Shown piece by piece: positions 43,125 through 54,600 of a stretch of 64,000 nucleotides of DNA. The position numbers were made by a program, and so were the translations under genes. The DNA is from an uncultured bacterium (GTDB lineage Bacteria > Patescibacteriota > Patescibacteriia > Magasanikbacterales > GWA2-37-8), in NCBI GenBank assembly GCA_937903605.1, contig CALCZC010000016.1:3183-67182 (forward strand), in the 5' to 3' direction. The notes under the pieces are model-generated. The model was given only the letters and a program-made list of their open reading frames with translations, did not search any database and had not been told where the DNA came from. Position 1 is the first letter of the stretch, and every line of letters begins with the position of its first letter.

Positions 43125-46100
43125 ATGGCATCTCAAGACGCTAATATAAAACTTCTTATAGAATCTCAAGTTAATACGACTAAGGCCATTGCAGATTTAC
43201 AATCATTTGCAAATCAAGCGAAAACAGAGGCCAAAAATCTTAATAAGGTTTTAGAGGCCGCTTTTACTTTGCCAAGTAAAACTGGTCGCGGTGGCGGTAT
43301 ATTTGGAAGCATGCTTCAAAGTATTAAAGAGATGAATAAGAGCGTTAATACTGTATCCACGACTATGCGTGAAAGCATGGGAGAAGTTAAGGGTGCAGTT
43401 GATAGCGTAAAAGATTCTATTATGGCCCTTTCTGATTCTATTAAAGGATTAACTGGAAAGAAGCATAAAGTACAGATTGAGCAAGAGATAGTAACCAAGG
43501 GTGGGACTGTATTAGATGATGCGGTTTCTGATTCTGGCGGTACAACTGGAGGCAAGAAGAAATTACCAGCGAATTTACTTTCAGCCCGTGGAGAAATAAC
43601 TCAAAAAATAAGCAAAGTTAAAAATCCGTCTCGTGCGGCAATAGAATCTATAGTTCGGGGAACTAAATTAAGTACGGGGAAAACTATAGGGGATGCCTTT
43701 AATAAAGAAGTTATTAATAGATTCATAGATAAATTAACCATGGAAACTGCCGCAGAAACATCCATGGGGATTAAAAATTTCTCAGATGATATTCGAAGGT
43801 GGGCTTCTGAAAATAGAAAAGGACTTACCTATCAAAAGATTAGATCGCAATTAGATACGTTGGCTATGTCTGGCGGATATTCATTTGGAAAAACAGATAT
43901 AAGCCCTGCTGTATTAGATAAAATGGCACAGAGGGTTGCGTCAGCGCAAATGGTCCAAATTCCTGACACTGGGGCCAATAAATTCAAGGAAACAATCGCC
44001 TCAAAGGAAGTTTCTAATATATTAAGAACAAGACTTAAAGATGTGCCAACTTCTGGTGTATCTGTAGGTCAGTCCGTTGCGGCAGAAAATATATTGGCAT
44101 CGTTAAGAGGAGTAAAAGGGTCTAAGGGTAGATTTAAAATAAATATTAGCGATTTAGAAAAACTTGGCATAGACTTAACCCAGCTTGATACCTTGCCACA
44201 GTTTAAACAAATGGGCCAGGGCGGGAGGACTCCGCAAGAAATTAAAGAGGAAATAGTTTTAAGATTTACTAGGTCAATTAATAGACAATTAGATACTGTT
44301 GCCAGGAAAATTATTAAAGATTTTGAATCTCAACAGACTGGCGCTCCTAGTGGCCCAGAACTAAAAGGACAATTCTCAAGATTGCCAAAGGGATATCTTG
44401 ACCAAGCCAGATGGAAACAAGGCTCTTTTAAGAGCGGAGACGCTTTTATTTCAGACGCTAAGGCATATATGCAATATGCAATTAAAGACCTTGGCATGTC
44501 CTTAAAAGACGTTTTGTCTACGCTAAAAATGGCTCCTGAAATCCAATCTAAAGGGTCATATGTTAATCCAATGTTTGGAATGATAGGTGCAAAAAGCGAA
44601 CAGGGTAGAATGCTACAAATGTTAGCAGACTACGGCGCTCAGATAACTGGAGCAAAACGCCCCGTAGATGAAATGGGTAAAAGTCTTGGAATTGTTAATG
44701 ATTTAATGAGAAAACAAGGCGAGGCTGTCTTAAGGCTCGGAAGATATTATACTTCGTTCTTCCTTATTACATCTAGTATTCAACAGATGAATGAAATGTG
44801 GCGCCAATCTGTTTTAGTTCAAGAACAGATGCTTGAACTTCAAAAGTTTTTGCCACAAGGCTCGAATGTCGGCGCGTTACGCGGTGGGATATATAATCTC
44901 GCTTCTGACTTTGGTGTTCCTATCGATACTGTTCTTGGTGCATATACTGAATTTGCAAAGCAGGGTAAACAGGCAAACGAGATTATAGAATTAACTCGTG
45001 CGGCCTTACTTGGCGTTAACGTCGCATCTACTGATTTTGGAACTACTGTTACATATCTAACAACTGTTACAAATGTTTGGAAAGATCAATTCTCTGACAC
45101 AACTAGGCTGATTGATAAGCTCGCGATTGTACAGGCGAAATCATCAGCATCTTCTGAAGTTTTAATATCGGCAATGCAGCGTTCTGCTTCAATGGCAAAG
45201 GCGATGGGCGTTAGCATTGACCAATTATTTGGCTATATTGGTGCGGTATCAGAAAAAACGCAATTAAGTGGCGAAGTAATTGGAACCTCTTTAAGAACAA
45301 TTTTTGAGCGCTCTCGCAGAGACAAGACTATAAATATGTTAGAGGCAATACCGGCCATAGGAAAAGCTGGATTGCGAACCCCTATTACTCAAGAATTAGC
45401 ATCCGCCCCGCAAATATTAGAATTGGTCGCGCAGAAATGGGATAAGTTAACAGATGTTCAACAAAGGAATATCGCCTTTCAAATGGCTGGCGGTCGTCAG
45501 ATAAACTCATTTATGGCACTAATGGAGAACATGGGCAGGGCATCTGAATTAACAGCCAACTCCATTGATTCATTAAATTATGCATTTAACGCGAATAACC
45601 TTGAATTAGAAAAGTTTTCTAAATCATTTGAATCGCTAAGAACGAGAACATATGAATTAGCGACCTCAGCCATTTTACCAAGCGTTAAATATCTTAGCAT
45701 GTTTATGAACGCTATGACCTCTGTTATCTCCTTAGGCGGGTCATTTAATAAATTGATAACTGGCATGTCTATGGGAGCTGCTGCGTTTTCTGTGGTATCA
45801 GTATTAGCATCTCGCGGTCTTGGTTTATTTATTAAGGCATTAGCAATAGCGCCTGTTATCGGAACAGCAGTTAGTGCTATAGGCGGAATAATTAAATCAA
45901 TAATAACGCTTAACACAACAGCCCTTATGGCCTCTTCCGGTATGCAATCCATGGCCAGGTCGTGGGGCCAAGTTGCTCGTGGCTTCTCTCAAATTGGTGC
46001 GGCAGGATATGGCCTTGTAGGGGTAAGAAATATCTTAAGCGGATTTGGTGGGTTATTAGGCCCAATAGGGCTTGCTGTTGCGGCAATTGGGACCGGAATC

Positions 46101-49100
46101 GCCGCATGGAATTCAAGTACAGAAAGCACCGCGGAGAAACAACAAGTTCTTAATGAAAAGTTACAGCAAGCTCTTAATTTGCACAAGCAAATAAATAAAG
46201 CGCAAACGGAATCATCTAGGGAAGATATTGCTTATCAAATGAGCAAAGATTTTACTACAGAAGAGTTTTCGCAGAAGAATTTCCCTGCCGAATGGAGCAA
46301 GAAATATAATAGATATATATTCCCATTTTCTAGCGCCGAAGAACTTAAGGCAGTTGGACCAGTGTTACAGGGGGCTAAAGTCTCATCAGTTGAACAAACC
46401 GCTATTTCTGATAAGGCACTTGGGCAGTGGCTTAATGCTTTTATGCCGCAGGTTGAGAAGGCACTTGGCAAAGAATTTATCTCTAAGCCTGATGAATTAG
46501 AAAGATTATTAAAGTTGCTTTATGAATCAACTGGCAAAACTACTGCGGCTTTTGCGGGGAGACAAATATCTGATATATCTCAATATCCTCCTACTCAGTC
46601 AACGCTTAAATATCTTCGTAATGCTCAAAATAGGGGCATAGAAATGCCCTTATCTCCAGCGCAGTATTTATTGTTAAAACAGCAAGACCAAACGTCTCAA
46701 ACATTACAAGAGCTTAATGCGCCTATTATCGAAAAGATATTTAGCTCTAAGTTGCTTTCTAGTGAATTAAATAAGGCATTAGAGTCGGTTAAGCCAATAT
46801 CCTTTAATAAGCTATTTGACGGCAAGGGCATTATTGAAGAAATAAGTAGATATAGATCAGCTTTTGCGACGGAAGAGCCGGCTAAACTTCTTGATGCCGA
46901 ACAGCAAAAACAGGAAATAGAAAAATATAAAAAGAATATAGATGAAGTTACATTCTTAAAGAGAAAGCAATATGAAGAAGAGGCAAAAGCTCAAAGAGAT
47001 AACTTGGCCATAACCAGATCGACTTCAAATGCTCAAATGTCAGAAATGATAGTTGGCCTTAAAGATATTGCAAAATTAAAGAAACAATTACGAGATGAAG
47101 AAATAAAAGCTAAAAATTCTTTTTATGAGGGTGCAACTGGCGAAGAAGATAAATCAGACGAAAAAATTGAAAATATCAAAAAAGAATTAATAGCTGGGCA
47201 AAAGGCTCTTAGTGATATTACTGGCGGAAAATCGCCGACGGATATTGCTAAAGGCTATATGGAGTTTATTAAAAAAACTCTTTCATCGGCCCCTGCGGAA
47301 AGTGTTAAAATATATGAAGATTGGGCTATGAACCAAGTCGAGCTTCTCAAAAACTCGCTTAAGGCATCGGTGTCTGCGGGACAAGTAGATGAGACGATGT
47401 CGCCAGACATTATTAAGAGGAATCTTAATATTCAAATGATGTCTGACCAATTTCAGCAGGAAATAATGGCGACAAGAAAAGCAAGAGAAGATGCTCTTAG
47501 GGCGCAACAGTTAGATATTAAGTATGCTAAAGATGTATATTTATCTGTTGTAAAATATGGAATGGATGTAGATAAAAAAATACAAGAATATGTTTCTCGT
47601 CCAAATCTTAATATCGAGGGCATGAGCAGATGGATTCAGGCATATGACCAAGAAACTAAAAATATGACTGAATTAATGCAGAGCCGTGAGCAAGTATTAA
47701 AAGAGAACCAAGATAAAATATCTGCTCAAGAGGCTGCAAAAGAACGAGCCAAGATACAAGAAATGAAGGGCCAGATTGAGAAACGTACTAGCGCAAGAGG
47801 TCGTATCCCTGGCATAGTATCTTTGGACTCTTCTGATACGGCAGAATTTACTAAATTTGCGCTGGAGCAGGGGAAAATACTCTCTGATAATATAGAAAAG
47901 GGAATATCGCCTAACTTCCTTAATAAATTAAACGACCAAATAGAAAAGGTCCAGTTTAATATAATGGCAAATCAAGCAGAGATAGATGCTATATCTCAGA
48001 AAGGGTTGCCAGAGGCGTCAATAGCTCCGCTAAGAAAAAAGGTTGCATTATTAGAACAAGAGAAAACCCTTTTGAGCGCAAACTTGCAAATAGCAGAAGC
48101 ATATCAATATAGAATGGCTCCCGCTGAAGCCGAGAAACAGGCTCTTGACCTTATAGCACAAAAAGTAGACCTCAAGAGGCAAGAGATGTCGCTTAATGGG
48201 GAGTTGCTTGGCACTGCAAGCTCGTTGCTTAATTATAATATTGCTGAGAAAGAAATACATGTTCTTAAGAATCAACTATTAACAGAGCAAGAGAGAAAAA
48301 ATGCATTGTTATTGCAGGGGAAAAATACTGAGGCCAATAAAATGGACGCAGATATTCAAGCACTGCAAAATTTAATTGGATACTGGGAAAAATATCGGGA
48401 TAGCATATATAATGTTACTCCGGCTATCACTTCTTTTTCTTCTTCATTTTTGCAGTCCTTACAGAATATTCAGCAAGAGACTCAAACAGGAATTTCTTTT
48501 ATAGATAATCTATCTAGTCGTCTTTATGCGTTAGCTGGTCAAGTGTTTAATATAGCAATTAACTTTGTTATATCTAAAACTGGAGATACAGGAGACTTTT
48601 TAGGCGGTATCGTTAACGGAGTGTCTGGTGCAGTTGGAAAAGCGGTTGACTTTACTAAACGAAAATCTGACTTAGAAAAGAATTTTAAAAAGTTAGATAA
48701 CGAAACAAAAAAGGTAATGGCGGGAACATTTCAGTCTGCCGCCCTTGCAAATCTTCAGAATTTCGCTAAATCAATTGGAATAAAAGAGGGAGATTTAGAC
48801 CCCAATGACCCTCGTGTGCAAGCGTATTTAAAACAGATAGAAGATGCTAAAAAAACATTTACAGCCCCCGACCAAAGTGGAGCTAGAGCAGCACAGCGCG
48901 ACCGTGAATCCACTGCCCATTATAATGCCCTTGAGCGCCTTAAAAAAGCAGAAGCTGACTTCCAGAAGCAGCAGCAGATGTCTTCATACTGGGAAGCTAA
49001 AATGCCTGATAAGTATATGCTTAAATATGATGCTGAAACACGCAAATATCAGGCAGAGTTACAGGCGAAACAAGCTGCTTTAGATTCAGAAAGAGCTAAT

Positions 49101-50777
49101 CTTAAACCTGAAGAAGTCAAGAGATATGAAGAAGAAATAGCAGTATTAGATGAAAAAGTTAAACTTCAAGGAAAATATAAACAACAAGCGCAAGAAATTG
49201 CTGCATTTGAAAAGTGGCAGAGTGATAATCGTGTTGGCTTAGAAAGATTAAGAACTGAATTATCTCTCAAAACTGAAATGTATGAGATGGAATATGCGGC
49301 TATTTATAGCCCTTCAAGAGCAGAAGAAAAAGCATATATGGAATGGAAGATAAAAGCCGGATTAACTGAACTTGAGGCGCAAAGAATAGTTACAGTTGAA
49401 GAACAGCGAAGAGTCGCTATGAAGAACGGCATGAACGAAGCAGATGCTATGGCCCTTGCTTTATCAACCGAAGAAGTTCAATTACTCGATATTAAAATAC
49501 AGAAAGAACAAGCATTACTTGGATTAGTTGATAGGCAGTTAGAACTTAAACAGAAACAAAAAATAAATGAGCAAGTTAGAGAAGTACAAGGCATTTTATC
49601 TTCTGGTATATTTGATGCACTGTCGCTTAAATCGCGTAATGAACAGAAGAAGCAGATTGCCGAAATAGCAAAAGAACTCAGCAAGTTAGGCACTGAATCT
49701 GAAACTGCATCATATGGAATTGCACAGGCTGAATCTATGGGAAATATTGACGCTATCAATTCTGCAAGAGATAAATGGAATGAGGTCAATAAACAGATAG
49801 ACGAAGCTCGTAAGAAAATGGATGAAGTTAAAGATTCGACTAATAAATGGAAAGAAGTATTACAGAATATTGGCGATAGCGTTCTTAAGAAATTAGCAGA
49901 TAAATTCGCTGAAATGTTGATAAATAAAACTGGCTTAGGCGATATGCTTGGCATGGTATTTGGTGGAATAGATGGAATCAATACAGGCGGAAAAGGTGTA
50001 AAAGGCCAGGCTCTTCCTGCGGCTGGTTCTGCTCTCGCGGCGTTATCATTAAAATCTCCTCAGCAATCATTAAAGATGGCTCAGGAAATGATGGGTTTAA
50101 TGGTCCCTGGCTCAAGTGGCTCAACGAATTATAATGTGTCGGTTGCTGGCGGAGCAGGAAATCCTCTTGGTGCATTACTTGGTGGGGGACTTAAGTTTGG
50201 TGGAGCCGGAACATCTGCGCTTGGTGGCGGATTCGCTGGAAGCAAACTTGGCGCTAACGCTGGATTCGGGAAGACAGCAGCATCAACTGCCGCTAAATAT
50301 GGCACAGCGCAATATCTTACTTCCGCGATGTTGGGTTATGCAATCGGGTCGTCAACGAGTAATAGAGCAGTTGGTGTGCTTGGTGGCGCAGCAGCTGGCT
50401 TCTTAACTGGAGGTCCGGTGGGGGCGATATTAGGAGCTATTGGTGGGTTATTCGGCAGAAAGAAAGGCGGAGACGAGGCGCCACCGCCGCCGCCTCCCCC
50501 GAGAGAATTTTATCCGCTATTTGCTAACACAAATGCGCTGGACAGAAATACAAGCGCCCTAATGCGCCTATCTGATGGGGTTTTCGGGGCGCCGTCCGTT
50601 TTCGAAGTCAACAAACTTCAAGCAGAAAGAAATATGACAGCCCCTGTTTTTAATATTACTATTAATGCCGCGAGCAACTCTCCGAAAGCCATCGCCTCAG
50701 AGGTTAATGCCGCAGTTAGCAATGCGTATCAATCATCAATGGGGAAAATGTCAACTTCAACATCTAATTGGGGTTAA
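43125..50777 (+). CDS. tail tape measure protein, 2550 aa
   Basis: Very long, mostly helical and coiled-coil protein with a Gly-rich C-terminal segment and a PPPPPPP run; located after the G/GT chaperones. Confidence 0.8.
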   Translation: MASQDANIKLLIESQVNTTKAIADLQSFANQAKTEAKNLNKVLEAAFTLPSKTGRGGGIFGSMLQSIKEMNKSVNTVSTTMRESMGEVKGAVDSVKDSIMALSDSIKGLTGKKHKVQIEQEIVTKGGTVLDDAVSDSGGTTGGKKKLPANLLSARGEITQKISKVKNPSRAAIESIVRGTKLSTGKTIGDAFNKEVINRFIDKLTMETAAETSMGIKNFSDDIRRWASENRKGLTYQKIRSQLDTLAMSGGYSFGKTDISPAVLDKMAQRVASAQMVQIPDTGANKFKETIASKEVSNILRTRLKDVPTSGVSVGQSVAAENILASLRGVKGSKGRFKINISDLEKLGIDLTQLDTLPQFKQMGQGGRTPQEIKEEIVLRFTRSINRQLDTVARKIIKDFESQQTGAPSGPELKGQFSRLPKGYLDQARWKQGSFKSGDAFISDAKAYMQYAIKDLGMSLKDVLSTLKMAPEIQSKGSYVNPMFGMIGAKSEQGRMLQMLADYGAQITGAKRPVDEMGKSLGIVNDLMRKQGEAVLRLGRYYTSFFLITSSIQQMNEMWRQSVLVQEQMLELQKFLPQGSNVGALRGGIYNLASDFGVPIDTVLGAYTEFAKQGKQANEIIELTRAALLGVNVASTDFGTTVTYLTTVTNVWKDQFSDTTRLIDKLAIVQAKSSASSEVLISAMQRSASMAKAMGVSIDQLFGYIGAVSEKTQLSGEVIGTSLRTIFERSRRDKTINMLEAIPAIGKAGLRTPITQELASAPQILELVAQKWDKLTDVQQRNIAFQMAGGRQINSFMALMENMGRASELTANSIDSLNYAFNANNLELEKFSKSFESLRTRTYELATSAILPSVKYLSMFMNAMTSVISLGGSFNKLITGMSMGAAAFSVVSVLASRGLGLFIKALAIAPVIGTAVSAIGGIIKSIITLNTTALMASSGMQSMARSWGQVARGFSQIGAAGYGLVGVRNILSGFGGLLGPIGLAVAAIGTGIAAWNSSTESTAEKQQVLNEKLQQALNLHKQINKAQTESSREDIAYQMSKDFTTEEFSQKNFPAEWSKKYNRYIFPFSSAEELKAVGPVLQGAKVSSVEQTAISDKALGQWLNAFMPQVEKALGKEFISKPDELERLLKLLYESTGKTTAAFAGRQISDISQYPPTQSTLKYLRNAQNRGIEMPLSPAQYLLLKQQDQTSQTLQELNAPIIEKIFSSKLLSSELNKALESVKPISFNKLFDGKGIIEEISRYRSAFATEEPAKLLDAEQQKQEIEKYKKNIDEVTFLKRKQYEEEAKAQRDNLAITRSTSNAQMSEMIVGLKDIAKLKKQLRDEEIKAKNSFYEGATGEEDKSDEKIENIKKELIAGQKALSDITGGKSPTDIAKGYMEFIKKTLSSAPAESVKIYEDWAMNQVELLKNSLKASVSAGQVDETMSPDIIKRNLNIQMMSDQFQQEIMATRKAREDALRAQQLDIKYAKDVYLSVVKYGMDVDKKIQEYVSRPNLNIEGMSRWIQAYDQETKNMTELMQSREQVLKENQDKISAQEAAKERAKIQEMKGQIEKRTSARGRIPGIVSLDSSDTAEFTKFALEQGKILSDNIEKGISPNFLNKLNDQIEKVQFNIMANQAEIDAISQKGLPEASIAPLRKKVALLEQEKTLLSANLQIAEAYQYRMAPAEAEKQALDLIAQKVDLKRQEMSLNGELLGTASSLLNYNIAEKEIHVLKNQLLTEQERKNALLLQGKNTEANKMDADIQALQNLIGYWEKYRDSIYNVTPAITSFSSSFLQSLQNIQQETQTGISFIDNLSSRLYALAGQVFNIAINFVISKTGDTGDFLGGIVNGVSGAVGKAVDFTKRKSDLEKNFKKLDNETKKVMAGTFQSAALANLQNFAKSIGIKEGDLDPNDPRVQAYLKQIEDAKKTFTAPDQSGARAAQRDRESTAHYNALERLKKAEADFQKQQQMSSYWEAKMPDKYMLKYDAETRKYQAELQAKQAALDSERANLKPEEVKRYEEEIAVLDEKVKLQGKYKQQAQEIAAFEKWQSDNRVGLERLRTELSLKTEMYEMEYAAIYSPSRAEEKAYMEWKIKAGLTELEAQRIVTVEEQRRVAMKNGMNEADAMALALSTEEVQLLDIKIQKEQALLGLVDRQLELKQKQKINEQVREVQGILSSGIFDALSLKSRNEQKKQIAEIAKELSKLGTESETASYGIAQAESMGNIDAINSARDKWNEVNKQIDEARKKMDEVKDSTNKWKEVLQNIGDSVLKKLADKFAEMLINKTGLGDMLGMVFGGIDGINTGGKGVKGQALPAAGSALAALSLKSPQQSLKMAQEMMGLMVPGSSGSTNYNVSVAGGAGNPLGALLGGGLKFGGAGTSALGGGFAGSKLGANAGFGKTAASTAAKYGTAQYLTSAMLGYAIGSSTSNRAVGVLGGAAAGFLTGGPVGAILGAIGGLFGRKKGGDEAPPPPPPPREFYPLFANTNALDRNTSALMRLSDGVFGAPSVFEVNKLQAERNMTAPVFNITINAASNSPKAIASEVNAAVSNAYQSSMGKMSTSTSNWG

Positions 50778-50792
50778 AATAAAAAATAATGT

Positions 50793-50820
50793 TTGATATT
50801 TTATTTCCGTATGTTATAAT
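50793..50820 (+). promoter_or_regulatory. sigma-A promoter TTGATA-16-TATAAT (TGn)
   Basis: Direct reading. Confidence 0.4.
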
Positions 50821-50826
50821 ATAAAT

Positions 50827-51222
50827 ATGCGAGCAAAATATAAAATTGATGACACACAATTGGCACTTGGGCCTTCAAATATAAATGAAACCTTGCCTCA
50901 AGATGGAGAATTTAAACCATCTAGGGGCAAGGCAATTTTATTTCCAGGAGTTTATTTTAATGGCACTCGTGTTGCAAATAGAGAACAGCAATGGGTTTGG
51001 GATTTACTTATAGAGGATACAGACACATATGATGCTCTTGTTGCAATTGACCATGCCGGCGATGATATTAAATTAGAAACAAAATATGGCGAACACATTT
51101 CAACGTGGCAAACATATTCAGGTCAAGTGTCAGATTGTTTGTTTGAATTACACGAAGGCATGGTATTTAAAGGAAATAAGCGTGGTTATAGATGCACATT
51201 AATAGTAAATTGTCATAGTTAA
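50827..51222 (+). CDS. distal tail component (hypothetical)
   Basis: Position after the tape measure. Confidence 0.45.
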   Translation: MRAKYKIDDTQLALGPSNINETLPQDGEFKPSRGKAILFPGVYFNGTRVANREQQWVWDLLIEDTDTYDALVAIDHAGDDIKLETKYGEHISTWQTYSGQVSDCLFELHEGMVFKGNKRGYRCTLIVNCHS

Positions 51223-51233
51223 AGGATTTATTT

Positions 51234-51617
51234 ATGCCGTATGTATGGAGTTTCGTTGATGGTTCAACTCAATATGTTTTGCCTTATGGCCCTAAGACAG
51301 TAGATTATATTATTGTTTCTGGCGCTATGCGTAAAAGATATAACATAACTAAAGTGCCTCTGACTGGCAAAACACCTGATGTTTTAACACACATAGAAGA
51401 TTATCCAATTTATACTTTATATTGGCCTTTAGTTACATCAGCTTTATTTGCTAAACTGTCTCCACTGCCTATGCATAAAACAATAGTGTTTACTGATGGT
51501 GTTGAGAATGTTCAATTTAATATTCAAATAAACGGCAAAGCATTTAATAATTTAAAGACGATAAATAATGGCGAAGTGATAAGGTCGGCGGCAATAACAT
51601 TTAGATTGGTGGCGTAA
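51234..51617 (+). CDS. distal tail component (hypothetical)
   Basis: Position. Confidence 0.45.
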   Translation: MPYVWSFVDGSTQYVLPYGPKTVDYIIVSGAMRKRYNITKVPLTGKTPDVLTHIEDYPIYTLYWPLVTSALFAKLSPLPMHKTIVFTDGVENVQFNIQINGKAFNNLKTINNGEVIRSAAITFRLVA

Positions 51618-51618
51618 A

Positions 51619-54600
51619 ATGCAAACAAAAAATGATTCAACAATAAATAGTGTTCTATCTTTAAATGATGTTAGTTATGCAAAAACTGCTCGTCCCGCCG
51701 AATATATAGAAGTATTTGAGGGAAGCATTTATGAATGGCAAGCTGATACAGTTAATGCTACTTGGAATAGAATAGATTGCTCTATTCTTAATTTAAACTT
51801 TCAGCAAGGACAATCTAAAACAGTCTCGGCTCAGGTTTCTATTGAATTATTTAGAAATTCTGGTGGACAGTTAGAGTATAATTATGATACGGGCATTTAT
51901 ACATCAACGACAGGATTGCACTTATCAAAAGGATATTTAATTCGCGCATACACAGGCTATTGTGAGAATGAAGCGCCATATACAGAGCATGTTAAGTTAA
52001 GATTTACAGGAATCATTGAAAGCATTTTACCGAATGATGATGGGATAATAGAAGTCAATGGCGTTGATTTCTCTGTTATATTTATGAATGCTCTTAATTA
52101 TAACTATCCAGATATTAATTCATATAGAGATTTACCATGGGAAATAACCAGTGCTCAATTAGCAGCAGATATTGATGATTCGGCTATTTCTTTTAATGTT
52201 TTAAACAATAGCGGATCAATCACATTAGGAGCAAAAATTAAAATTGATTCAGAAATTATGTTAGTCCTTGATGTCAGCGTTGCGGGAGAGATAACAACAT
52301 TAACAGTGCAAAGACTTTCTGGAGTATCTATGCATCTGCGGGATACATATTTATATACTGGAGACGAATTTCTTGTAATGCCTGACGATGTTTATAATAA
52401 TGGGTTATTAAACAAATATGTTCCCGCTTATGATAACTGGAGACTTGATTATGCACTGCGAGATTTATGTATTAAATCAAAATTTCCGCTTGGATTATTT
52501 TCTATAGCGTATAATGATTCTTCGACGATAAGACTTGGAAGGTCAGATAAATACCCATATATGCAGTCAAAATCTATATTCGAAAAAATGGCGCAATCTA
52601 GTGCCATATCTGTTCCTATATTTGATAATGAAAAATATGATAAAACTTCCTCTATTAGCTATACATCAGTCGTTGAAAGAAAAGTATATGCAGGAATAGA
52701 CGAAGAGCTATTGAATGGGGCCAAATTTAAATTAGAATTTGGACAATCATTATGGGATTGCATATTATCTCTCGTTGATGGGTTCGGGTTCAAGGTTTTT
52801 TTTAATGAAAGCGGAGTTTTAGTAATTAAATCAATTAGGCAATACGAATGGCTGGCTCCTTATAATATATCTGAAAATGCAGTTGAAATTATAGAAAATC
52901 ATGTTTGGTCTTGGGAAGCCTGGGACATCGCCTCTCATCCGAGCAAAAGATATACTTTCTTGCTTACTTCTGCAAATATTCCTACGGTTGCTAATATAAG
53001 AAACTTAAAAGTAAGATTTATCTCTAATTCTGAGGATACCGATAGCGCATATATTCAACTAAGGAAAAATAATTCTGGAACTTGGCAAGATGTTGGGCTT
53101 CCAATTCTTATTCCAGCTTTAAAAAAATATCAATATTATGAGTCAGAAATATATAGAGCCGCAACTTCAGATACTATTTTTATAGAGGGAGAATATGGAA
53201 TAGAGATGGTATCATCTCCATCTGAGGCTCCATATTTCAACGGATTGATGTATTTAGACACTAATGATGAAGTAATATGTTTTGAGTGTGATTCTACAAC
53301 AAACGCGATAATTTCTTCAGCAGTTAATTCGGCGGCAGAGGTTAGAAATCAAATGACGGTCATTGGGCTTCCTGAAAGTCCACAGCCTATAATATCAAAA
53401 TCAGTTGACACATCTTCTATATATGGTGGCAAGAATATTATAAAAGGAGGATGGACAGGAAAAGATTCTTTTGTTTCCTCCGACCATCCTTTTATGGACG
53501 GAAGATATGATAAATATGAGCTATTTAAAGGGACCGATGGACTTGGGGTTAGGGTTTACTCTTTAAAGGCCAATTGGAATTTAATTCACATTGCTTTTAA
53601 ACCACAAACAACTCCAATTGGGGAGACGATTTGGGTTACAAATTCAACAGGAACGGAGGTAATATGTGGAGAACATATTATTACTGATAATGATTTAACA
53701 TCATTTGGGGTATGGTTAAAAATTCCTAAAACATATAATGAATCTATGGTGAGAATATATTCTTCTATAGATTTATATGTTTCAGAGATTGAATGTTTTG
53801 AGAGCGACCCATCTTTTAACTTTGTTGGACATTTAAAAGAAACAATCGTTATAAAAAAGAATATATCTGATAAGGCAACCTCAGACTGGATATCTCTTAC
53901 ACAATTAGAGATGCATAGGCGCAATGTTAAACAATTTCAGATATCCAGTTTGAGTAATCCATATATAGAAATTGGAGACTGTATTGTTGTTTCTGCTCCA
54001 GAGGTGGGCCTATTTAATGATACTCGCGTATGGGTGACTGGCATTGGAAGTGAAATAAGTAGAGTAGGGGCAATAGATAATTTAACAGTTGTTGCTCTGC
54101 CTCCGATGCAATCATACATAAAACCGCCAGACCCAACGCCTAGGTTTTTAACCAATAGCGCCCACGGTTTTTCAATATCCAGAAAGTCTGTAGAGACAAA
54201 TCAGGAAATAGGAAGCGCAACGGAGTTCGAAGAACACGGAGATATAAAAACAGCGTATAATTTAGACGCCTCGCAGACTAATATTTCCGTTTTTTGCCAA
54301 GACGAATTTAGTATTTCTCCCGGTCAATTGGTCCAAATAGATTCAGAGTTTATGCTTGTGTCGCATGCAATAATAGATTATGATGTTAATATTGGGAACT
54401 GGTATGGAGCATTAACAGTTATTCGTGGAAGCAATTATACAATAGCATCGACCCATGTTGAAGCATCCCTTGTAATTGCAAATAAAGTATGTACCGGGTT
54501 TCAGCCTCCAAATGAATATTTAACCTTTAATTTTGCGTTAACAAGGCCACAAAAGGTTCAAATAGTGGTTGGGATATTACACCGCAATCATACTTTAGCC

